From assembly GCF_002113885.1 (NCBI RefSeq), contig NW_018404715.1:251268-313378 (forward strand): DNA of 62,111 nucleotides. The letters are read 5' to 3'. The DNA comes from Mizuhopecten yessoensis. Lineage: Eukaryota. The notes beneath the pieces are model-generated. The model worked only from the letters and a program-made list of their open reading frames with translations, was not told where the DNA came from and did no database searches. Below are positions 51,901 to 62,111 of this stretch, one piece after another. Both the position numbers and the translations under genes were made by a program. Position 1 is the stretch's first letter; every line of letters begins with the position of its first letter.

Positions 51901-53379
51901 ACTCCGCCAGCCGGAGATGGCAGGGTCGGTGGTCTGGCCCGCCAGTCGGTTGATGGATCGGCGCAGTGGGTAACTGACAGCTACACGGATAGCGAAATTT
52001 GAGAAGAATTTCATTGTTAATAGAACATTAGGATGAAAATAACACATTGACAAAAGAATTCTTTAATAGATATAATTATGTTTGTTCTCCATTCTGAGGA
52101 ACATGGACCAGGGACGGTGTTGGGAGAGTATATTTTTCCAGCTGCCATTTCCTGCCGCCATTACAAGAGAGTTCCGTCTCCCCTCCTTTTCTACATCTGT
52201 TGTTGCCATGACAATACATGCTACGTGTCAAGTAAAACAAGTTACGTATCTAGCACTGACATGCACGTGTAGAGGTTGTCATAGGTACGAATAACAAGAC
52301 AACCCATCAACAGTTGGAACAGTGGCAGTCTTAAGCCGTCCCACTTCCAACATGAGAATGATCTTTATCGCCCAAACGCTCAATCCTCAGATTACGTGTC
52401 ATGAGAGTAGATGGTTAAAAAAACTACCAAGAAAACATAAATTGGTATTATTACGTTCGCTCAAATCGACGTTGATATTTGATAACAAAACATATGACTC
52501 TTGTCAAATCTTAAACTATATCCATCTCGGTAAACGCTACTTATGAAAATCGTGATATGAAAGGCTTTGACCACGTCAAAACTGGAATAAAACTGGTAGT
52601 GAAAATTTCGGTTCTGATAACTAAATGTAGGCCACCATGCAATGTGTTAATACATTTCAAACCAACCGTCTTTTTTCATATTATATCAACGTAAACCAAC
52701 AATATATCTTTCTATATCATTCACCCAGACACTAGCCCATTTCGAAAGAGCTGTAATTTGTGAAGAAGATATACACCTATAAACGCTAAGCGAAAAACTC
52801 CTCTAGATCACACAAGAAGAAAAATATTAAAAAAAAATATCGTCCTGAGAAAATCTACTCTCGAAAGAGAAAAAAATGTCGCACACGATTTTGTATAGTC
52901 AATCACTGTAAACAAGGTAGTCATAAAGTAGAGGTGGATTTGTTTAGACGGTGATTTTTAAAGGCGTATGCTACCCTACATGTTATACTTGTTATGTAAG
53001 AGTTATCTCCCGTTATCTTCTATACGTAATTCTAGTATTTCAGAATTTCTTTAACGTGACTAATGCATTCTTGAAAAACATGTCATTATTTAATTAACTT
53101 AATTAAAATATGGTTTATTATTTATATTTTTACCTGTTTAGTTAGAAATCTTTTGTACAGGAGATGCAAATCTCTGTAAGGTTAATATAGCATTAACTTA
53201 TACGGATTTATCTCCACTTTTTAATGTGTTTTTTATTTAACACAAAAAAATCACACTTCTGTGATATATTCTCGAAAGACAGTCGTATTGTTGTGATTTT
53301 GTTTTATGTTTTTGTTTAAAAGTACGTCGCAAATTAATACCAGCTTTTACAAATATCTTTGCAGCCCGGAATAAAATAT

Positions 53380-53580
53380 AAACAAAAGACAAAAAAGCAA
53401 AGACAAACGGACTACAATTCTATAGTTTTAAAGACAATAAGGCGAACTGAAATGACGTAAAAACACTTAAAATACACTCATACAAACATAAAGACGAAAC
53501 CTGGTGTTCCGGAAGGGTAAGCGTTTCTCTCGCCATGTGTGGCACACTTCATGATGTCTCCCGTCAAATCTGGGAAGTTT
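53380..53580 (+). mobile_element. Dispersed repeat fragment (GGTGTTCCGGAAGGGTAAGCG core with A-rich 5' flank)
   Basis: Matches the inverted copy at 7481-7506 and a weaker copy at ~1270-1320. I recall this motif as an abundant mollusc interspersed repeat; class not assigned. Confidence 0.55.
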
Positions 53581-56384
53581 GTTGGCCACCAAAAGGTCAA
53601 ATCTCACAGTTAATAAGTGTCAGGTGCTAAAATATCATTGACGAAAGGTATGTTTTCCAGTATACACGCAATGCCTGAGTGAGACAGTAACTTTTAACTC
53701 TTTTTTACAATAAACTGTATTTAACCGCGAACTTCTATAATTCTGAAACACATGGCACGTTATTGTGTTATGTTCATTTTTACATTTTCAGTTTCTGGTT
53801 AAACTAGAGAAATGTAAAACAACACCTTGATAATTTATTAAAGCACTGTAACACTTACTATTGTAGCTCGAACCGCCAGCGTGACCCGGCTACACTAACG
53901 AGGCTGGTCACAATGGTAGATGTTACACAGCAGATTGACTCTGAAATTCTTCAGATATAAAGAAAAGATATTTCGTTTGCAATAGTACACCTTGGACTTG
54001 CATTCGAAATATATGTATAAACTTAATCAATTACAACTTTGACCAACAAAGTTTTTTTCTTCAAAGTATATAATTATTAATGCTAAAATCCTTAAAGTGA
54101 GTAAGTTGAGGATGGCTATGTTCCCCTTGAAGTCTCAATGTTTAAACTTTTATTTTTTATTTGATTCGGGAGTGACGCCACCTTTTTCAACATAAAGTTT
54201 TCAAACTGTAATACCTCATAACTCAAACAAACGTAACGCGAGTATTACTTTGACTAAAACGAGGTACGAGGGAGCAAAACATGGCGGCTTTTTACCTAGA
54301 TCCATTTAATGCGCATGCGTCGTAGGCCTCAATCATCCGTCAACCTCCACGAGAAAAATATCAACACATTCGCCGAGGTGACGATATGTCCATGGTAATA
54401 TGTCTGAAATGTCTAAAGTGGTCCCAGGGAATGGATTAAAAAGTGTGACGTAATTTTGTAAGATTTATTTTCAATCGTTCACATTGTAGCCTGTTGGAGT
54501 TTAGGTGGCGACTATAGTGGACCAAGCTGTGTCTCTGAACTCTGGAGCGCTCCAATACAACACCCCAATCCCATATACATGGTCCCCGACACGAGCAGGT
54601 GTGGTTCGTCCCGTTTCAGATGAAACCTTTACTTGTGAATTGCCTTTTTCCCGACGAGAGTAATTGACTCATGTGATGATCGGCAAAAAAATACAAACCT
54701 CATTAGCAGTAGGCCTAGCGTGGTCAAACCCCGTATATATCTGTTATACGTTGAGGCTACCGTGCACACTTAACATCTGATTTGTGTTCGAGTTATCGCC
54801 CATTTTCAATAAGCTTTATTCAGAATTATAATTTGTGATCAATTCATACATATGTCTTTCAAAACTTATCACATTTTATTAATGAAATCTAAATTCTAAT
54901 TCATTAACGCAACTTGAATTTAATTTTAGTCTTCAAAAGGAAACAAACCTTTCTTAACTGCCATAGATTAATATTTTTTGTAGAAAAGTTTCGGACTCCT
55001 CCGTTATTCAATCTCACTGACATGTACTGATTTACGTCGTGTCAATTTTGATGCAGAAGATTTTAACAAAACGAGTTCGTTTAAAAAGAAATTTGCCGTA
55101 AGTCTACCATGTTACAATTCAGACAAGAAAAACAATACAATGTAAACTAGCTAATGGCGTTAATGTATTTAATAATGCAAGTAAGAAGAATATTACCGAC
55201 GCAGGTTGACGCTCATTTACACCCTAATAAGGGGACACGCAGAGATGAAATGTGGACCATATATCATTGTAGCAATGGTCAGTCACAGTGGGACGATGTT
55301 GAACGGATCGGAACTGGTCACCAGCGACGTGAAGAAATTCTCAGACCAGTGACTAGATCACTACATCAGCCTATCCATCCATTTACAGTGGTGATGTATA
55401 TGCTCGTCTTTGTCCATAAGCAAAATCCCATTAACACTTAAACCATTAGTGGCGGTATGGACGCCTGCTTTACAGCATCGCTCTCCCCAGCGCACACTCA
55501 CGGCGATGCACGGGCTTTTCCGGAGGGAGGGCTCCCTCGCGCCTTGATGGATGTGCTTCATAGGGCCATGAATCAGACCCTTAAGAGACCCCTTAACAAT
55601 GCGGCCCCTATAGGACTCACTCTAGTCACCACCATCAAAATTATTTTCTTCATAAGATACATGTCATCACTGTTTCGCCAGACTTAACGGATATATTTTA
55701 TCATCTCATTGCGGTTCAGACGCTGTCGTGTTTTTGTCTTAGAAAAATATTTGTCATATTAATAAATCTTATATTTGTCATTTTGATCATGGACGGGTTT
55801 GATGTATGCAATACTGGTTACACCACCAAAGATGTTTCAAAATGGAGAAAAGGAATTTCCGCAAAGGGTTAGTAATATCGACATAGCGTGTTCTATCCTT
55901 TTCATAATTTTACAAATGTTGCATTTTGAACAGTTAAGCCTGAAACGACTGACAGTTTGACAGAATCGTCAACATTTTCAAAAATATGTTTTTAAATGAC
56001 GTATATAATTAAGGTTTTTCGAGTAAAATCGAACTTACGGTGATTTCGGTATACTTACATTGTATGTTTCTAACATAAATCTAATGTGATTAACAATAAT
56101 CAAAAATAAATTTAAAAAAAAAGTAGAGTTATATGGTAAAAAAATCCGAAATACATATAAGATAATTTCCTTGTTCTAATTTCACACTGAAACAAACACA
56201 TTTACAACGGGATATTGCTCATAAAGTACAAAATGACACAAAAACAATTGGGATCCCTAACGCGAATATCATCAATTTCTACGCAATCGACAACTGTGAC
56301 AGTTTTCAAATGTACTGGTCGTTCCATTTGGGGGTGTTGACATTCGTGATTGAGATTTGATCATCAGAGTGTCATTGTATCAGT

Positions 56385-56500
56385 CGAGTAGGGCGGGCTT
56401 GTCACCATCTTTGACACTTCGACGTAACCACGTGGTACACCAAACCCGGCCTTGGACGGTCCAGAGCAGGGGTGTGACGTCAGCGCATAACCGGAACTGA
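56385..56500. promoter_or_regulatory. Promoter/enhancer-like motif cluster
   Basis: GC box GGGCGGG at 56391, E-box CACGTG at 56429-56434, full CRE TGACGTCA at 56475-56482 and ETS core CCGGAA at 56491-56496, all within ~105 bp. Confidence 0.45.
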
Positions 56501-58479
56501 CAGGATTGACAAAAAATACGAAACGGGCGAAAAACAAACGAATGAATATTTTGTGTGAAAGGAATGGCGCGAAAGTAACACGAAAATTAGTAAATTTGTG
56601 GATGGAAATGTCAACATGGATAAAAAAGGTTACATTTGTTAAAAGTGATCAGACTCAGCTGACATTTTTGTTGATTGTCTATTAGTGCAAAGTTGCGTCG
56701 CTGAGTTGGCGCTGTTAGATTGTGGCACACAGAGATAGGCAACAGATATTACATTACTGCTTTCATGTGTTCACATGCTGATTTGTATCATTTCGTTGTT
56801 TTGTCTCGTCGTTCCGAAATGACATATTCTAATATATATAATAATTCTAATTGTTTGGTATTTTATGTCCCAGAAAGACGAGAATTTACAAACCTTAATT
56901 CAGATTTGTTAAATCTGCTGTTTACGAAACAACAGAAAGGCGAGATTTGTACGCCTATAGAAATTATAAGTCGCTAACTAACGTACATTTTTCTTTTTTT
57001 CTCGGAGTTATTTCTTGTCTTATTTAGGAACGGAAAGACTAACGAAAGAGATTCAAGCAAACTTTTGAATCTCATCTTCTCGGAAAGAAAGGACGAAACA
57101 ACAAAATGGCGAAAATCAACCACCTAACATAATATACCAGACCCCTGGTCGCCGCATATGTTTTATATTGTTCAATTCGATAAAGCGCGAAGGATTCCTA
57201 GCCAGTCTTCATTCTTTGTCCCCTGTTTAGTTAGAACACAACAATGACAAATTTCTAATATTTGAGGCGGACCCCGGAGCCGGACCGAGGTCAGCTAATA
57301 TTAAATACGGAAGAGGGCAGATATAGCCGGAAGCAGACGATATCCTCGGATGCGGGCTGATACGGAAAAGTAATTATACAAACGGAAAATATCGACGGTT
57401 GGATTTTAAATTATTAACGTATGCAGTTTGAGTAATAAGTTTAACAATGAAGATGATAAATCATTTTATAAATTTCATTTTGTCATACATATGATGATGA
57501 AATCGATTCTTAGACATACCTTGACATGCCAGCCCCGGATTTTACAGTATGTGCCAAATTTTATAACGAATAGAAAAGAAAGATTGAAGCGACTTAAAGA
57601 CAAATTGACTGACAGATATCAAGGAAGATTTTACAATATAATAAAATAAGTTGGCAACGGGAAAATGACGAAGATTGTTTTCTTTGAGTTTAAAGTTTGA
57701 ATTTAATGACCCATCTACATTGTGCGATAAAATAATTTGGTAAGAATATTTAACCATTTTTTTAATGTACCCTCGTGATCCATCTTGCTCAACGACATGC
57801 GCATCGCTGTTGTTCGATATGACTACATATGGTTTAGCAGATACGAACATTAAAAATTAAATTTAGATAGAAGCAACTTTAAACATAATCCTTAGAATAA
57901 TAGAAATTTCTACTTATCAGTCTTGGTCAATACGAGTGATAAAGAAGGATCAGATTGACTCACCATTCCATGTATGTCCTCTGCTTCGGACATTCGGAAC
58001 TCGGTTGTGGTGTCTCTTGCACAGTTTTTCTAGAGAGGCTCCGAATAAGGGAAAATATGATCGGGAAGCTCGAACGCGTGAGACTGGGATGATGTTTTAT
58101 TACCCCGTCATGTGATAAATATTATCCAATCAGATACACTGTGATGAAGGTGATGTGTAATTTTAATTACTGTATAATAGATATGTGTCTACTGTGTGAG
58201 TGTATGTGTGTGTAAAATACACAAACACGGTTGACAATCGGTACTGGGAATACTATGCTTTTACCTTGGTGTTCGACCTCTTACAATAACGCACTTGCTA
58301 TATATATATATAGGTTCTTCCCTTCCCACAAGGGTAAAACAACTATTGTTTATTTTACATTCACCAACTATATATAAATGTTTTATTATCTTATTATTGT
58401 TTTTTACTTAACCGAATATTTAGGTCGAATTAGAAAATCAAGATGGGGTCCGTTTGTGTGCAATAGGTAAGAGTGCAAT

Positions 58480-58697
58480 ATATAGATCGAAAGGAAAAAA
58501 ATCAAATATGTTCCAGGTGCATGTGTAGCAGTTAGAGATCGAACGGAAAATCAAGACGTTTTCCGAAAGTGTGCAGCAGTTAGAGATCAAATTGAAAATC
58601 CAGACGTGTTCCGAAAGTGTGTAACAGTTAGAGATCGAAAGAAAAGTCTAGAAGTGTTCCGAAAGTGTGAAGCAGTTAGAAATCGAATGGAAATCGG
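58480..58697. repeat. 48-bp tandem repeat, ~4.5 copies
   Basis: GTTAGA(G/A)ATC recurs at 58531, 58579, 58627 and 58675. Confidence 0.9.
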
Positions 58698-58781
58698 AGT
58701 AAGTGTAGACGTGCAATGGTTGGTGTTTATAGGAATAAAAGAAAGTATTTATACTAGTTTTGATAGAGACCACATAGTGTA

Positions 58782-59077
58782 TACTGTTAAAGGAGAGAAA
58801 CTTCGCGGTGTGGAAATATTCGCGTTTTTTTCGCGTTCAGTAAATTAGCGCGAAAATATCAACACGCGAATATATATTTATAGATTTTAGGGATGGATTA
58901 TAGAAATATATAATAGATATATAGAATAGATATATAGAATAGATATATAGAATAGACATAATAGATACAATGTTTATATAGGAACAATTACAAACAATTA
59001 CAAACGCAAAAATGTCCACACCACGACCAGTTAATGAGTCATAACGCGAACATTCCTTCACGCGACTTTTATAATAT
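58782..59077. mobile_element. Degenerate MITE with TACTGT end and TTCGCG / CGCGAA subterminal motifs
   Basis: Begins TACTGTTAAAGGAGAGAAACTTCGCGG. Three TTCGCG on the left are followed by CGCGAA motifs, and it ends CGCGACTTTTATAATA. Internal (ATAG)-rich filler. Same architecture as 18410-19362. Confidence 0.55.
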
Positions 59078-61584
59078 CTGATAAAGTGCTTTCATCAGCG
59101 ATGTAATATTCTTTTTTATTTTATACAATTTGTCTGATTAACTCGTGGTTTTTCGTCTCGAAATGCATTTTCGATTAAATGACTCTGGCAGGTTTACGAA
59201 ACTGTTGTGGGATTAAAATATTTTAACAGTAACCAGAACAAATAAACACTGAGAATTACACGAAATAACATAGAACAGAATGCCATTTAATAACTATTAG
59301 AAATTATTGCCATTGTTAGAATAGAGAAGTTCCACGCCGCATTTTTATTGTATATAGGCCATAGAAAGTTTTTTTTAGTTAAATTTGTTTCATTTTACCT
59401 GTACTCATACCGTCTTCATTGTGAAAAAGATAATTATAACAAATTTAATGTTTTTCGTTTATATCACTTTGTTATATAGCAAATGGGCAAGTAACGCTAA
59501 GTCAGGAGAAAATGCGGGACAAATTGGAACTTTCCTTCGTTGAAGATACCAAAAAAATGGTTTGGACTCTCTACTGGTCACACTATGGTCACAACTGGCT
59601 CTTTAGAGGATCTTAAAAAAAGTCGCTGAATATAAATCATTAATGATTCTGTTTTTTTAACGAGGGACTGCAAACATACATCTATTAAAAACATTTGACG
59701 TTTCGTTAGAAAATTCCAATCTTAGGAAAAATGTATGTTCATCTCAAAAAGTCTTTTCTACGACGAGCACTTCTCGGATGACACCGAGTCATGTACAGAA
59801 TTGTGAAAACCTAGTTAGTTTTTGTCTCTCATTGCCGACTACCACACGCAGATTATGTGTACTCTTGTTAAAAGTGTCTCCGGTACGACCTGCTGTAATC
59901 AAACCGGTGCCTGTATCAATAATAGATACAGCCTCTCCATGGCCGTTTGTTGTTGTCTTCCTCACTCTTATACGAGAGGCAAAACCGTGTCATGAACTGA
60001 ATGGGTTCTGTTTTTGTTGAATGCGATTATCATTTTACATTTACAAATTATCATGATTGCTTTATCAATAATAAAATATTTATTTTATATTATTTTTTCT
60101 TTCTTTAATGTTTATAACAAATGTAATATAATTAATTTCATACACGGATTGTTTTAATTTTTGGTGTGTAGCTCGTCTCTGTACTTAAAACGTTCGCTGC
60201 ATACCCTTATGGATCTTGTAAAGTAAAAACATAATGAGCAACTGTCAACGAAATAACGAAATAAATGAGAATATGTGGGTTCAAAAGATTATTTTAAAGT
60301 TTAAATAGATTTTTCATGTGGTTATAAGTGTACTTCCTGCACATGCGCATGAGTCAATGACTTACTTTGAGCATTTACGCAACACAGTCTCTCAATTTTG
60401 ATTTGCTATCGCAATGCACGCCTCCTGTGCTGGATAACACAAATCCAATTGCAACTCGACCGTTGCAAGTTCTAAGGTCAGAAAGGTTTTCAAACTGAAG
60501 TCTAAGAAAAACACCTAGAATAACAAAACACAAATGACACGCGCTCTCGTGCACGTCCGTTCCGAGTTTTCCTCGATTGATTAAGTGAAATTGAGAAACA
60601 AAGCTTACGGGCAAATTTCATTAACTCAGAGAAGTTTATGATTGAAAAAATAACACGTTAGGTGGCGCTGTACGTGCAACGGCACGTGTAAGGTATGGAC
60701 AGCGCACGACCATAGCGTGTGGCATTCTGAGGACGAAATCAGATTTAATTTCTGCCATATTTTTTAGAATTGTTACTTTTTGCCGTTTTATTGAGCGTTT
60801 GAATTAATTTAATAAGATTTCAAGAGAAACATGGCTGCGAAAGCGGAAGTGTATATCAAATTAGATTTTTTTATCGCAGAGGATTAGCGTGCATAATAAA
60901 TGACAAAGACCATTAACGACATGCCTAGAGGACTTAAAATAACACCGTTTTGGTAAAATTGGCACCTTTTGTACGTGAATAGCCACGTTTCGTGTATTGG
61001 AATATGCCATATCGATATTAGGAAAGTTAAGCATATAGGGCACCACATCATTAACGAGAGATAGTATTTCCTTCTCCGAAGTATCATTTCCATTCCTCCA
61101 GTGCATTACACATGTAATAAAAAATGAGAAACATTTTATTTTCTGACAAACTAAGTATTATAGCTATTAACATTTTATAACATGCAAAGTTTAACACATG
61201 GTTTGCGCTGCTTTACTCTTGCTCCGTAATCCGATTTGTTGTTTGATACGCTCTCATTTGTTTTAACAGCTAGGTCCATAAAATTACCATAACATAACGT
61301 GCAGGTCTAAGCTTAAATGTTTCTAGCTAAAGCCTGATTACGTAATCAGCCTAGACTGACGTCGCCTTTACCTTTCCAATGAGTTGTATTTGGACTACAT
61401 ATGTGCCCATATAATCTTACAGATACTATATGGTGCGATTTATGATAGTTCCGAGTCGATTTGTTTCCAATAGTTTTCTGCTTCCTTAAAAACCTTTTGT
61501 ACTTCCTGCGTACCAATAACAGGTAAGCATTTACGCAGTACCTTTGCAGAATGACGCCCTTGCGAATCTAGTGCTGAATTCCGA

Positions 61585-61836
61585 GATTTGATTTGATTTG
61601 ATTTGGTTTGATGTCCTATTAACAGCTAAGGTCATTTAAGTACGTGCCTCCATGTGTGTGCAAGAGACACATTATGTTGGTGTATTTGCCTCCTTGTGAT
61701 AACGCGGATCTGATGCCGACTTTATAGTGCTATCTCACTGAACTACCATGCCGAAGGCAACCAGCAAAGCATTCCGCCCAGCCGTATTCTACTGGCACGG
61801 GTAAGCCAGGTTTTGCTAGTACCCTCGATGCTGAAC
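61585..61836 (-). mobile_element. SINE 3' portion with (TCAAA)n tail, 5'-truncated
   Basis: (GATTT)4 microsatellite followed by GTCCTATTAACAGCTAAGGTCATTTAAG and TTTATAGTGCTATCTCACTGAA. This matches my recollection of a common molluscan (scallop-type) SINE; not verified by search. Confidence 0.65.
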
Positions 61837-61888
61837 TTTGTTTGAAGTATCGATAAGAATATTGGTTGTACATAATCATGTACATGTA

Positions 61889-62111
61889 TTTGAAGGTGGA
61901 GACCTTGTCTATACCTATGATGATGTTGGTGGTGTTTGGAGGTGGAGACCTTGTCTATATCTATGATGATGTTGGTGATGTTTGGAGGTGGTTACCTTGT
62001 CTATATCTGTGATGATGTTTGTGATGTTTGGAGGTGGTTACCTTGTCTATATCTGTGATGATGTTGGTGATGTTTGGAGGTGGTTACCTTGTCTATATCT
62101 ATGATGATGTT
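61889..62111. repeat. 46-bp minisatellite running off the window end, at least 4.8 copies
   Basis: TTTGGAGGTGG(TT/AG)ACCTTGTCTATATCT(G/A)TGATGATGTTGGTGATG; unit starts at 61889, 61935, 61981, 62027 and 62073. Confidence 0.96.

Noticed and set aside
55290-55372. miR-279-family seed TGACTAGATC at 55350 (also at 44228)
   Set aside because: The 3' parts differ from miR-279 as I recall it; the 55350 hairpin needs large asymmetric bulges and 44228 has no partner arm.

Overview
AT-rich eukaryotic (metazoan) genomic DNA, not prokaryotic. There are GT-AG exon remnants, SINE- and MITE-like dispersed repeats and many minisatellites; the repeat types resemble those I associate with bivalve molluscs (inference from memory, not a search). 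I find no intact, recognisable protein-coding gene, rRNA, tRNA or CRISPR array. All long ORFs in the track (24.3-24.9 kb, 30.0-31.8 kb, 46.6-51.1 kb) are artefacts of stop-poor tandem repeats. The left half (about 4.9-29.8 kb, minus strand) holds a decayed multi-exon locus of one or two genes. Its 5' exons keep splice sites and compatible phases but carry many nonsense codons; further down are a possible eroded transmembrane segment and a long repeat-containing tail. The right half (38-61 kb) is non-coding, with CpG-bearing, transcription-factor-motif-rich islands and a 4.5-kb 37-bp satellite. The most notable details are an exact 23-nt piece of that satellite inserted into a different minisatellite 10.8 kb away, neighbouring arrays that appear derived from one another, and a hairpin carrying a miR-36-family seed. 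I do not see evidence for a new multi-gene system; the best leads are modest and are scored accordingly.
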